A stretch of 63,169 nt of DNA, the filler included, from Licmophora abbreviata (Eukaryota), in NCBI GenBank assembly GCA_900291995.1. It is 21 parts of 21 records of this genome, joined end to end, with 100 filler letters (N's around TTAATTAATTAA, not from the genome) between each part and the next. Parts side by side here need not be neighbours in the genome. Positions count along the whole stretch, not along the records: positions 35,305 to 38,396 come from OLMU01006324.1; positions 38,497 to 42,144 come from OLMU01006325.1; positions 42,245 to 44,545 come from OLMU01006326.1; positions 44,646 to 50,346 come from OLMU01006327.1; 17 more parts are not named here. One strand, written 5' to 3'. Positions 35,305 through 47,600 of this stretch are shown piece after piece. A model generated the notes under the pieces. The model did not search any database. It was not told the origin of the DNA and was given only the letters and a program-made list of their open reading frames with translations. The translations under genes and the position numbers were made by a program. How positions within the stretch are numbered: the first letter of the stretch is position 1; every line of letters starts with the position of its first letter.

Positions 35305-38300
35305 GCCCAGGCCACCTCACCACCGATCCAACTCTCATCCGTATTCTTTGCTGCGACCTGAGTCGGATTACTTTATCAGAACTTGCTTTAGCAGACAAGG
35401 ATGCGATGGCATGCTACGACCGCATGGTAAACTTCATCATGCTCCTCGCCAGTCGAAGATTAGGCGTCCCACCCATGGTCATTGAGACCTTTCACCAGAT
35501 TCTTTCAGGTATGAAGTACCATGTAAAAACTGCTCATGGTAAATCTGACAGTTGGTACCGAGGCACGCCACAACACCCCACACAAGGACCCGGACAAGGC
35601 TCAAGTAGTGGACCGGCACTTTGGACAGCGACATCTTCCCCACTCCTCGAAGCATTAGCACACAAAACAAAGGGCATGCGCTGGCAGGATCCGAGCAACC
35701 ATATCGACACAACAATACATGCCATGATGTTCATCGACGATCAAAACTCAGGCGTAAACGACAATCATCTCCCCATACACACTGCAGAGGACCCCACCGA
35801 GTCTCTAATAACAGAAATGGAACACACTGTTGACACCTGGAGCGAGTTATTATGGCACACAGGCGGTGCATTAAATCCGACAAAGTGTTATTGGTTCCTC
35901 ATGACATACCACCTTGATTCAAAAGGACTTCCCACTCTGGCCCATACGGATGGATACCCCAAGCAACTGATCATACCCGATCGCGCAACGATGAATTTGT
36001 TTCAATTCATCGAGTGGACACAGGCGAAGCACGCCGCACACTGGGCGTCAGAGTTGCAGGCACCGGAGAGTATGGCGTCCAATACCAATACCTCAAAGAT
36101 AAAGCTGACACCATGGCATCTCGACTGCTTAGATCAGGTCTCTCAAGGGCAGCATCATGGACCGCATACCTCGCCGTCTACATACCAGCAATGACCTTCT
36201 CCCTGTCCCTAATACCACTCTCACAGACACAGGCCGATACCATTCAAATGAGGGCTACAGCAGCATTTCTAGCTAAGACAGGTGTCAATCGGCACATGCC
36301 AAGAACAGTCGTATACGGACCAACATCGATGACAGGTCACGATTTCCGCAATCTCTACGTCATATCCGGCATCGCGCGCACCTTGTATTACATTGGACAT
36401 ATGAGGAAGCGTACAGAAATTACACAACTATTGGAGATCCAAAGAAGATTCCTCCAACTTCAGGCAGGTGTCTCCTTCGACATTCTCCTGGACACCACTA
36501 CAGAGTTACCCTTTCTCGATCCCACGGTATGGCTGATGCAGCTACGGCACTTCCTCGGACAACATGATCTCACCCTCCAACATACAAACTTGGAACATTG
36601 ACAAACAACGAGAAGGGGACTTCTTTCTTATGGACCATTTTCGCCAGGCACGATTCCGGCCACAGGAACTATGACACATCAACTATGTTAGGATCTATCT
36701 CCAGGTTTGTCTAATCTCCGACATCACTACAGGTGATGGCCGTCAAATTCTCGCGTGCTACAACAACGGAACTCACTCCAACCAAAGCACCACGCGACTG
36801 AATTGGCCGAACTACCGTTGGCCCCCAGCTCCCCATCAACTGAGGCTCTGGAAACAGGCGCTGAAGACACTACTACAGCATAATTCGGACACTCTCCATA
36901 CTCCTTTGGGCCACTGGCGGCGGGTCCCCAGACACCTCCACTGGCACACCCGATACAATCACGACACAGGAGCTCTACAAACATCTCGCCCGAACAGAGA
37001 GACGGTCAACAATATCCCACGTTTAGTCACACGACGCAGCAGAGGCCTTAAGAATCTCCTTTTCCGAACGGCCGAGGCTGTCCCAACAACCCTACGTTCA
37101 CTTTGATCCCAACACAAGCCCACTAACTCCGGCTACCATCACTACAACAACACACGACCATACATACCATGCCCATACCTCCCCACAACTCCGACACCAG
37201 AACTCAACACCCGCTGACACCTTCCTTCGCTACCGTCGACAACTCCCAGGCCCGACTGCCAGGTGGCTACAAAGCATTGAGTTTGTGGATGAAGCATCGC
37301 TTCGCAACCACCTCCAAAAAGCCCAATGTCTCAATCTTGCCACTGACGGCTCTCACCTCTTCCCGAATGCCTCCTTTGCGTTTAACATCGCCGATACCCA
37401 AGGACAAGTTCTAGTTCAAGCATTTGGACCCGTGGACGGCAACCCCAACTATATGTCGTCACTTCGACCCGAATTATACGGAATTGGGAGCGGCCTCGCA
37501 TTCCTGGAGCATTATTGCTTATTCCATCACCTCCCAACACAGTCCATTCACATCAGAAATCTATCAGACAGCAAAGCAGCCATCCGGCGCTCATCCACCG
37601 CCAATGAACAACTCCAGAGTATCTTCGAACACATGAACACCTTCACACGATCTCGAACAGTCAGCGTCTCCAAACTGCTCCTTCCAGAGGAAGATGTAGT
37701 ATGCGAAATCCGAGAATCCCTTCTAAGGACGAAAGCACGAGTCACCTTTGAATGGGTAAAGAGCCACCAAGATGACGCACCAAGTTCACGATCGAACCTC
37801 ACCATTGAAGCAATGTTGAATATCCTCGCCGACAGTGACGCAGGCCAATACCGAAAACACAACACGACAGGCCATCGACGCACCCAACAAGCACTACATT
37901 TCCCGGGCGCAGTCGTGAATCTTCGTATATCACACCAAATAGCAACAACAAGAATCCCTGACCAAATACGCACACACATCAACGGAAGCAGGCTCCGAGA
38001 ATATATGATGAGCAAATACGACTGGGACAAACCAATATGGGACTCCATTGACATCAAGACGATAGGGCAATGTTTCAAGACCCTTCCATTAAACGAACGA
38101 GTGAACACCGTGAAAATGCTACACGGTTGGCGAAACACGGGACGCCAGCGAAAACGTATTGATCCTTCGGCAAGCGACCGCTGCCCATCATGCAATTCCC
38201 CAAACGAAGACTCGGCACATATCTTTTGCTGCCCCCAGAAGCAACGACGTCAACAACGTGCTACCTCGTTCACCAAACATATAAGAGGCACACTACTACG

Positions 38301-38396
38301 TCATTACACAGCACCACCACTATTCAAGACACTTGTGGACGCACTCCAGAATTGGACCAAGAATCCTACTGAACACCCGATCGCCATCCCAGAACT
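35305..38396 (+). pseudogene. LINE ORF2 RT - RNase H - CCHC, with several frameshifts and stops
   Basis: DAMACYDRM, GPGQGSSSGP, FIDD, LNPTKC, RTLGV; RNase H ATDGS, RPELYG, SDSKAAI, WVKSHQD, NILAD; CPSC..EDSAHIFCC. Breaks near 36000, 36590, 36671 and 37100-37280. Confidence 0.88.
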
Positions 38397-38496
38397 NNNN
38401 NNNNNNNNNNNNNNNNNNNNNNNNNNNNNNNNNNNNNNNNTTAATTAATTAANNNNNNNNNNNNNNNNNNNNNNNNNNNNNNNNNNNNNNNNNNNN

Positions 38497-39753
38497 TTGA
38501 ATCGCTTGGAAAAGGATTTTACTGAGTTGGTGGACGCGTGCGAAGGGCCGTGGAAGCGTTCGTTTGAGCTTACCTCCGAATTGACTGGAGACGGAATTCT
38601 GGCAGGACCGGCTCAGCAGCTCTATGCTCGCTTGGATGAAGCGTTTCAGAACCACCAAGGCAAGTTTGGTCATCCAGTCGGCGAGGGTGTCGCCAGTGGC
38701 CAGGCAAGGATCCCGGGCAAGGTTGAGGCCATGGTGGAGAACTCGTTGGGAATGGCAGATATCAAAGCCGAGATGGAGGAGCTTGCCAAACGAGTTGAGG
38801 AGTCCGAGACAACGATCCGGGATCTACAGGCCACGAACTCCCTTTTGTTGGAGCGGGTCAATTCCCAAGGGATTGCGTTCGGCGATTCATTCTTCTTGGG
38901 TTCTCTTGCGGAGGCTCAGTCGTGGGTAACTCTGCATGTCCCGAATTTGGAACGTCGGTTCTTTTACGATATCGTCTCCTTCATGACTCCAGTACAGAAC
39001 CTCAATCGGAACGAGTCGGACGTACTCGACGAAGAATTCAAGTCCAAGCGGGCGGATCTGGACAAGCTCACCGCCTCTTTCAGCATCGTCTTCCCTGCAT
39101 GCTTCGGGATCAAGGGTACTCCGGGGGAGCCCAACTTGCCTGCTCTGCCGAATCACGAAGCCTGGGATTCACCCGGTCGTCAGGAAGGTCTGCTACACCG
39201 GCTCCGGTCGCACTCGAGCCGCTTCAGGTCCTCCACGTTGCAGTCGATCCGGGCAACCTTCCAGGGTAAAGGGGGCGTCAAAGCGCGGGATCTTGCCGAG
39301 GAAATGGTTCGACAGACGATCGAATTTTTCGACGATATGGCGCAGTTTATCGATCAGTTCTATCGCGAATTGATCGATGTTGACTCGGTCTCGAGCAAGG
39401 ACGCTTGGGATCTGGTGGCGCACATCATCAGGGAAATCTTCAAGAAGCTGGGCACGCTTCGCTCGGTGGGAGTGGATGCCAAGGACGCAGGGTTGAGCAA
39501 GGCGGCTCGGTGCTCCATGGTCTTGTGGGGAGCCCTGTCTGCGCACCAATACATGAAAAGTTTGCGATCGTGTGAGTTCAGAGGTCACCCAGATCTTGCA
39601 CCGGCCATTCTTCTTCATGTGGTCCAGAAGAAGGCATCGTGTCAGAGGGTGGAAGCTGTGGCTCACCAGATGACCAGCTTGAAGAAAGAATTGACCAGCT
39701 GTCGGGGCGTTGCTGACCAGGCCTTGTCGGCCGCCACGAAGACCAAGAAGTGA
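38497..39753 (+). CDS. gag-like ORF1 (coiled-coil plus helical domain), 5'-truncated
   Basis: 418 open codons from the contig start to TGA 39751-39753, directly upstream of and in frame with pol. Confidence 0.7.
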   Translation: MNRLEKDFTELVDACEGPWKRSFELTSELTGDGILAGPAQQLYARLDEAFQNHQGKFGHPVGEGVASGQARIPGKVEAMVENSLGMADIKAEMEELAKRVEESETTIRDLQATNSLLLERVNSQGIAFGDSFFLGSLAEAQSWVTLHVPNLERRFFYDIVSFMTPVQNLNRNESDVLDEEFKSKRADLDKLTASFSIVFPACFGIKGTPGEPNLPALPNHEAWDSPGRQEGLLHRLRSHSSRFRSSTLQSIRATFQGKGGVKARDLAEEMVRQTIEFFDDMAQFIDQFYRELIDVDSVSSKDAWDLVAHIIREIFKKLGTLRSVGVDAKDAGLSKAARCSMVLWGALSAHQYMKSLRSCEFRGHPDLAPAILLHVVQKKASCQRVEAVAHQMTSLKKELTSCRGVADQALSAATKTKK

Positions 39754-42700
39754 CGGGGACGTCAGGTCGTCCCTCTCACATCGGACCTGGAACCTGACAT
39801 TTCCGGTGACGTGAGTCCGGTGTCGGGTTCGGAGACGAGGAAGAATCCAGACTACGCGCGCGATGGTGTTGAATCCGGAATGATTGTTGATGTGGAGCCG
39901 ATTGGGAAGATGGGGGTTTACGCCCGACGCTTCCCGTGGTCGGCCTTGCTTAACTTGAGACTGCGTGCGAGTCTGGCGTGGGTTCTTCTTGAAGAACCGT
40001 GTCTTCGGGAGGAAGTGACGAGGGCGGTGGAAGATCACGTGGAGGTGATAGTTGGAAGGGCAGGGGAGTTGGACCGCTTGCTGAGCCAGGACCCAGTGAG
40101 CATTCTAATTGTGGAAGATCACGATGCTTCACACGTGATCGAATCGACGGTGACCAACAGTCGATCCCTGCATTGCGTACTGTCGTTTCGAGGGTCAAGA
40201 AGAGCGAAGAAGTGGCTGCCAGGATGGGACTCGTTTGGAATGCGGGTGCGACACGCCGACGTTGGAGGGGTTACTGACGGGTCCTGGGAGACTCGGGTAT
40301 GGATAATGCGTTCGGCTAAGACGAGGAAGGCAGAGTCGAGTGTGACCGCACCACCGATTCCAGCTCGAAGGCCCTCTCAAGACTTGCGTTCGATCTTGAA
40401 GTTTGGCCTCGAGGGTCGCAGGTGCAAACCTCCTTGTGGAGCCACGCCGTTGGGGTCGAGTCAAGTCGAGTGGGGACCAGGTGGGAGACGGACAGTGTGG
40501 AGCTGGGGACTGTGGCCCGTGTGGTCCAGAGCGTCGTTGATCCGAGTCCAACACTTTGGTAGCTCATGGATAGAAAGACCGTTTTCTTTGTCAGAGCGTT
40601 TGCTTTCTATGGACGTCCCGGAGTCTCTTTTCTTAGGGGCCTCAGAAGAGTCCCGAAGTTTACTGCTGAGTTCGATCAAGGTTCCACAGAAGATACGGCA
40701 GAGTGTGTTCGAATCCATCTCAGAGTGGGTGTGGGGTTCGAGACGTACTGCTCTCGGGAAGCGAAAAACGTACTCGGAGTCTCAGGAGTCATTACCCTTG
40801 CTCCAACGGCGGCAGAAGACTCCCAGGCTGTCCCCCCCGGCGGTGGACCGTCCGATGAAAGGGGTGGCGAGTACAAAGGAGGTCCCAGACAGAGGGGAGG
40901 GCACGATCCAAGAGCGGACCGCGGTGTGCGATGGCGCGGGAAACCGGGATCAATGTCCACCCAGTGATTGTGACCTTAAGTCACTCCCTGAACACGATCG
41001 AAACGCTAAGGCCGTCAAGCACGACAAAGCTCCCGTCCCGGTTTGGCTGTGGGACGACAAGTTGGCAGAAGGACTGTCCACCAAGGTCCGGGAGCGGAAT
41101 CATGTGGGAGCGCGAGATGCGCTTCGGGGGTGGCTCTTGTCCGCGTGGAGGCGACGGATCCTCAAGTCGTACTTTGCCTGGAGGAAGAGTGTTTCTCCGG
41201 TGGAGGATTCGGAGAGGAAGAAGAACGACGAGGCCGCTCGGGATGTCATTCGGAGGGCTGCTGGCGCTTCTTGGTGGGGATGGGATGCAGGCTCTCGTCC
41301 CATATTTTGGAGGTGGCCTTCAGCGTACATGACTACTATACGCGATGGTCTTTCATTGTGGCTTCAGAGCTCTCTCAAGCCGTGGACCAAGCGGCAGCGA
41401 CTCCCGGCGAGTCGAGACACCCTGACCAAGGTGGTCGAGAAGCTGAAGACCGTCCGCGAAAGAGGATATGTCGAATCGGGCGAAGTGGTTTCTCTCATCT
41501 CCTTTTTTGACGTGCCGAAAGGAGAGCAGGACATCCGCATGGTGTACGACGGGACGAAGAGCGGGTTAAATGCGGCACTGTGGGCACCTTGGTTTCCTCT
41601 CCCCACTGTTCAGTCGATGCTCCGGGCCCTGGAGCCTGGGACGTTTCAGGCGGACAACGATGTGGGAGAGATGTTCTTGAATTTCATGCTGGATGAGAAA
41701 ATCCGAAGGCTGTGCGGGATTGACATTACGAAGTTCTTCCCAGGGGAAACGTTTTCCACCGCTGAAGTCTTGTGGGAACGCTGGTGTCGATGCGCCATGG
41801 GACTTCGACCGTCACCATATCAGGCAGTGCAAGGAATGCTATGGGCAGAGGTTTCTATTCTGGGCAACCGTTGGGACCTCGATATTGTTTTCCGTTGGAG
41901 TCGAGTTCGCCTTAACTTGCCAGGCAGTGAGACCTACGATCCTCGGAAGCCGTGGGTCTCTAAGGTTAGGGAAGACGACACTTTGGCCGCCGATTATTTT
42001 ACTTTTGTGGACGATCAGCGGACCACAGCTCCCTCCGACTGGGACGCGTGGCTAGCCTCTCAGCGGGTATCTTCTGTACTGGGTTGGTTAGGGATTCAGG
42101 ACGCCCCCAGAAAGCGGAGAGGTGGGTCCCTTGAACCTGGTGCCNNNNNNNNNNNNNNNNNNNNNNNNNNNNNNNNNNNNNNNNNNNNTTAATTAATTAA
42201 NNNNNNNNNNNNNNNNNNNNNNNNNNNNNNNNNNNNNNNNNNNNGTTCGTCTTCGACGCTTGGAGATGCGTGGGGACTTCGTCCTTCGTTTGGTACACGT
42301 CTCCGGAACTCGGATGATCGCTCAAGGAACAGATGGGTTGTCCCGAGGTGACCATGGGGCGGGGGTGATGGCGGGAAAGCCCTTTTCTACGTACATTCCA
42401 CTTCACCTGTCGGCCTTGGATCGATCTCCCGAATTGGATACCTGGGTCAGGTCCTGGTCGGGTGAGGACCTGATGGTGCTGAGTAGTGAGCAGTGGTTTG
42501 AGCCTCTCCCGGCGCGGGGAAAGCATTTGTGGTTGCCCGCCCCAGGAGCGGCTTCTGTGGCTGTGGAGCGCATGGCTCGCTCTATTCATAGAGACGCCTC
42601 GTCGCTACATATTTTCGTGGTGCCCAGACTCATGACGGCGTGGTGGCGGAAGACTCTTCAAAAGGCGGCGGACCTCGTCTTTTCAATTCCTTGTACCGGC

Positions 42701-42955
42701 TCCTCGCTGTGGAGCCTCGAACAGCATGAACCTCTCATTGTTGGAATTTGTTTCCCTCTCATCTCCCACAGACCCTGGAGACTTCGAGCCACCCGCCTCA
42801 TGGACGACGCTGAAGGGAAACTGCGAGAAATGTCGAAGAACCATCTCGTGGTCCCAAGGAATTTTCTGCGGAAATTACTCGGCCAAGCGAGAAGGCTGGA
42901 TGCCATGCCGGAAGGCGTGGTGTGGGAACTGTTACGACGTAGAGATGTGTCCTGA
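39754..42955 (+). CDS. pol: degenerate C5-methyltransferase-like domain, RT, RNase H, Dam-like domain (spans spacer 42145-42244)
   Basis: RT FDVPKG..DIRMVYDGT, DVGEMFLNF, MGLRPSPY, FVDD; RNase H tail VHVSGTRMIAQGTDGLSRG; Dam-like HLWLPAP..IFVVPRLMTAWW. Confidence 0.88.
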
Positions 42956-44276
42956 CTTCCCTATTCGGCGCCCTACGGATGAGGAGGGAAACGATCTTGA
43001 TCTTGTGGAGGACAGCGAGCGATTCGTTGTCGCACGTGCCGGGGACAATTTGTGCTGTCAGTTTCAGTGTGATTTGTGTCACTTTCGGAACATCCAACGT
43101 CGTAATCCGATTCCGACGAGTAGCAGGGATTCCCTTCTTCTCTCGTGCGTTCGGCGAGCTAATCTTGACGCGTTCTGGTCGCGGGAGCCGGGAACTGTCT
43201 CGAGTACCCGGAGTCAGACCCGGCTTTTGTTGAAAAAGAGTAGTGTTCTGGGCATTGAGGAACCGCTCCCTTCTCTTGGTCCCCACCCGGTAAAGGATGT
43301 TGTTGGGATGCGAGTCGCCTGCGCCACTCTGGTGCGGACTTTGGATCCCGGAAAGAATGAGGCCACCATTCAATTTGAGACGGCTCGGAAATTGCGGAGC
43401 GGATTTTCGAATGTTTGGCATGCCTCTGTTGAAGGGACGGGGGTTGCGGTGATGGCTCGAGAGACAACAAAGCTTTTTCACACGTCGTGTCCCACATTTA
43501 CTGATTGGTATGAGCGCTTCAACTTAGGCATGCACAAAAGAATGGGTGACAAGAGTATTCCAGATTTGGCCATCTCCATTGAGGTAATGCGAGAATTGAT
43601 GGACAGATTCGAACAAAAGTGGGAAGATGCGGATGGTGACAGGATGGCCCAATCACGTGTGTTATTCCCGGCGTTGTTTTCTGTTGTCTCGTTCTGCGGA
43701 GGACTGCGTGGGGAAGAGACGCCACTTGCTGACCTCGCAGGAATCCGGAGGCACTTGGACGAAAGCGGGCGCAACGCCGAGCAGCCTCATGTGGTAGTGG
43801 CTCTCTTGGGTCGCTTCAAGGGAGAAACAGGGGAGATGTATCATCTCTTGCCTCTGGCGGCTGAGTCAGCCTCGGGTTTAAAGCCCAGAGTGTGGGTTGA
43901 AAGGATGGTGGCATGGTACCAGAAGGACGGAGTGGTTGATGGCCCTGTGTTTCGACGAGGTCCGAAGCGGAGAGGCAGAGCTAGTGACTACGAAGTGGAG
44001 GTGTTGGATGTTTTGTGCAGTATTCAAGAAGGAGGCGATGCTATCAGTGAGCAAGTAGACGTCCGAGATGAATACGGTATGAGTCGGTCGTTTCGGCGAG
44101 GATCCACGACTCAAGCAGTGAATCAAGGTTTGGAAGAATCGGACATCGAAAGGAACAATCGATGGTCCAAGGTGGAACGGGCAAAGGGAAGAAAGCCCAC
44201 GTTTCGCATGATACAGCATTACACGGAAGTCAAACAAAATTTGAGAGCTTTACTCAAGTACTCAAGAGCTCTCTAG
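42726..44276 (+). CDS. Tyrosine recombinase with Cys-rich N-terminus
   Basis: GLRGEE (R), GRFKGE (K), SRSFRRG (variant HxxR), NRW and QHY. Overlaps the end of pol by up to 230 nt in another frame. Confidence 0.85.
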   Translation: MNLSLLEFVSLSSPTDPGDFEPPASWTTLKGNCEKCRRTISWSQGIFCGNYSAKREGWMPCRKAWCGNCYDVEMCPDFPIRRPTDEEGNDLDLVEDSERFVVARAGDNLCCQFQCDLCHFRNIQRRNPIPTSSRDSLLLSCVRRANLDAFWSREPGTVSSTRSQTRLLLKKSSVLGIEEPLPSLGPHPVKDVVGMRVACATLVRTLDPGKNEATIQFETARKLRSGFSNVWHASVEGTGVAVMARETTKLFHTSCPTFTDWYERFNLGMHKRMGDKSIPDLAISIEVMRELMDRFEQKWEDADGDRMAQSRVLFPALFSVVSFCGGLRGEETPLADLAGIRRHLDESGRNAEQPHVVVALLGRFKGETGEMYHLLPLAAESASGLKPRVWVERMVAWYQKDGVVDGPVFRRGPKRRGRASDYEVEVLDVLCSIQEGGDAISEQVDVRDEYGMSRSFRRGSTTQAVNQGLEESDIERNNRWSKVERAKGRKPTFRMIQHYTEVKQNLRALLKYSRAL

Positions 44277-44677
44277 CTTCAAGGGAACGACCCCGACATC
44301 GTATCCCTTGGAGACATTCCAGAGATCAAGAGCTCAACTCGGTTGGGGATCAGGGGGGGGTTATTACGCACCGACAGCCAGCCCAAACCTTCCAGGTATC
44401 GGCTACTGCGCCGATAGATTCAGGGACCAGGCAGCGGAGCAGAGTAGTCGTCGACACTGCGTGGCTGCAGTGTTGATACTTGGATTAGGAGAGCGGCAAA
44501 GGTGTGGAGGCACGCCGCTTCTCCTGGGCCCTCTTTTACAGAGGGNNNNNNNNNNNNNNNNNNNNNNNNNNNNNNNNNNNNNNNNNNNNTTAATTAATTA
44601 ANNNNNNNNNNNNNNNNNNNNNNNNNNNNNNNNNNNNNNNNNNNNACTCCCTCTGACAGTGGCGATTGTAACGTATG

Positions 44678-47600
44678 TTACCACTTCAGAAGTGCCTGTC
44701 GATGTTTAAGAAACAAGTTCTGCGGTAGTGGCTTGGTGAACATGTCTGCAATTTGTTCTGCAGTATCGATAGGGTAAATGCTAATCAATCCTTTCCTCAC
44801 GTAGTCCTTGAAGTGATGATAGATAAGGTTGATGTGTTTGGTGCGTGGTCGCATCTTGGGTAGTCTTGCTAGTTCTAGCGCTCCAGAGTTGTCTTCAAAT
44901 GCCTTGCAATGGACCGTCGTAGTTGTTGAAAGGATGTCGTGTCCGTATTTGCGAAGTTCTTTGACGAGTTCCATTAGAGGAATCGCGTTGCGTAGACTCT
45001 CTGATAGACTAATATATTCAGCTTCGGTAGTGCTGAGAGCAATCTGCGTTTGTAGTCTTGATGCCCAGAGTATAGGACAACCAGCGTAGGTAATGGTAAA
45101 TCCTGATCGTGATTTGGCTGTGCTGGAATCATTCGGTGCGGTAGTTCTATTCCAGTTTCCTGCGAAGTCAGCGTCCGCATAAACTTCTAGGCTTTTGTGC
45201 TTGCTAGGGTCGATGATCAGTCCTTGGTCGCGCGTGTCGCGCAGATACTTGCAAAGCCAAGTGATTGCTTCACCATGTGATTTCTTGGGGTCTTCACAAA
45301 ATCTGGCGATCTGGTGTGTCGCGTAGGAGATGTCTGGTCTGACGCTCTTCTCTAGGAAGTTGAGCTTGCCTACGACTCCGCGGTAGTGGAATCTGTTGTC
45401 GAAGCTGGGTTCACTGTTTGAGCGGTGCAGAATTTTGACTGCTGATGGCGTTTGTTTTCCTGTTGATCGCTTCGGCAAGTTGACCATGTCGATGATCTGA
45501 TCGATGAGATGCGGTTGCGTTAGCTTGAGTCGTCCGTCTTGGAGTGTCTCTACATTGACGCCGAGGTAGTCTTCGATCGTCCCTTGATCGTCTACATCAC
45601 AGCCTTGTCGTTTGATGTCGTTGATGGCTTTGTCGATGTCATTGCTGTCAGGTCCGGCGAAAATTCCATCATCAACGTATACGACGAAGATAACGTTGTC
45701 TCGGTAGTAGAGGCATTCGTCAATCTCGCTTTGAATGAAACCAATCTTCGTGAGGATGGTGTGTAGATGCTGGTTCCAGACTCTTCCTGCAGATCGATTG
45801 CCGTAAAGGTTCTTGAGGAGCTTGAGAACGTGAGTTTTACCGTTCCCATACTTTGTTTCGATGCCGTGGGGCAACTCCATGTAATGTTCGAACTCAATGT
45901 CGGCCTGTGGGTATGCTAAGACGAAGTCAATCTGTCTCGTGTGCCACTTGTGGAGGATCGAGAGGATCAGGATGCATCGAATGGTCATCCATGTAACGAC
46001 AGGTGCGTACGTCTCGAAGTAGTTGACTGCGAACTCTTGTTTGCCTCCGTGAAGGTTCAGGCGTGCTTTGTGCTTGTAAACCTGTCTCGTTTTGATGTCT
46101 CGTTTGCGTTTCATAGACCAGACGGCTGGGAGCACCTTTACGTCTGCAGGTACGTCCTCTCGTTTGACTAGTATCCAATGCTTTCTTTCGATGTGGTCGT
46201 TCACCTCTTTGACTGCTGCTTCGATGAATTGTTCTCGGTCAGGTTCACGCATGGCTTGATGAAAGTACATGGTGTCTTGATTGTTGGCAGTCATGAAAGA
46301 TACTGGTTCGAGCATTTGGTCTTGAATACGATAGTCTTCTTCATGCATGGCTTCGTAGTACTCGTCGTGAGCTTGATAAGAAACGAGGCCTGCTTGTCTT
46401 TGCGCTTGACTTTCACTCATCCTGTTCGTTTGTCGTACGGTTCTTCCTGATCGCGTTGTCACTGGCTGGTCGATGGGAGTAAGCTCTGTGGGCGGCTCTT
46501 CCATAGCTACGTCTGTAGTTCCTTGAGGATTGTCAGGTATTGTTTCCGTCACGGGGATGTGTGGTTTGTCGCTTTGAGGATCTCTGTCTTGAGACTCCCT
46601 CTGATCGTGTGATCTTCTCTCTTCGTGTCCGTCGAATATGTTGATACGGTCGGATTTCAGGTTTGGTTTGATGCCTGAGAGCGTCTGCCACTGTGAGAAT
46701 GTCTTCGGATTGCCTGCTGTAGGTCGGACTGTTTCAAAGAAGTCGTCGTATTGTAAGTGAAACTGTGGTGATACGAGTCCTGTTTCGAGATTCAAGACTA
46801 ACGAAACTGTGCCTGCGTGTCTTGTCGATGGACCGAGGTTGATACCAAGGCGTGAGCGTGAGTCCCACTTGGGAATTGCCTTGTTTCCTTGCAGCGAATT
46901 GTTGAGTGCAAATACTGGGCAACCGAAGGTGTGATGTGCCTTTAGATTTGGGGCGACTTCGACGGATGAGAATCTTTCGAGCGCGGAGCTTCCGTCGGAT
47001 TTGTCTGGCAGTTGGTTGCGTATCTCGTTCGAGTATCGCAATGCGCTTGGCCAGAGCTGTAGTTCAATGGCGGATGGCCATCGGGCTTTCGAGTGTAGCA
47101 AGTTCTTTCTCGCTTGTTCTTGGAGATCTCGTATTCGCTTTTCGGCTATCCCGTTTTGGAAATGTGCGTTGACTCCGCAGAAGGATATCGTCTGTCCTTG
47201 TAATTCGATGTCTCGCAGGTAAGCGTTGTCTGCGAAGCGCCCGTTGTCCGCGTGATAATGTCGAACTCTGACATGATGTCGCCTTGCGTATGCTTCGAAA
47301 GCATGCTTGGCTTGCAGAGTTTCTTCGGATGATAGAGACTTTTGCATGTGTACGTAACTCAGGCCGCTGAAGTGATCCACGAAAACGGTTGCCGCGGAGT
47401 ATCGAGCCTTGGTGAGTCTTCCTTTGAGTTGTGGTACAAATCCCGGTGTCGTGCTGATGAGCTGATCAACTGAGACACATTCGCCGGGGCGTTCGACTTT
47501 GATGATTTGTCGTTTATTTTCTTTTCCTTTCGTCCTCCATGGGCGTTTGGTCATGGCTCCATACATGCAGGATGCACACTTTGGCGTCTGTACTCGTGAT

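Larger units (their letters stand above)
31998..38396 (+). mobile_element. Non-LTR retrotransposon 2 (ORF1 + APE-RT-RNase H-CCHC; Ambal-like architecture), 3' half degenerate
   Basis: ORF1/ORF2 TAATG overlap; APE in 33.6-34.5 kb; RT, RNase H and zinc knuckle on the next contig. Confidence 0.88.
38497..44545 (+). mobile_element. Tyrosine-recombinase retrotransposon 2 (DIRS-like): ORF1 - UGA - MTase-like/RT/RNase H/Dam-like - overlapping YR
   Basis: ORF order and motifs as listed below; the two contigs continue the same pol. Confidence 0.88.

Noticed and set aside
44277..44545. Terminal inverted repeats or internal complementary region of DIRS-like element 2
   Set aside because: The 5' end is missing, so no terminal repeat can be matched within this window.
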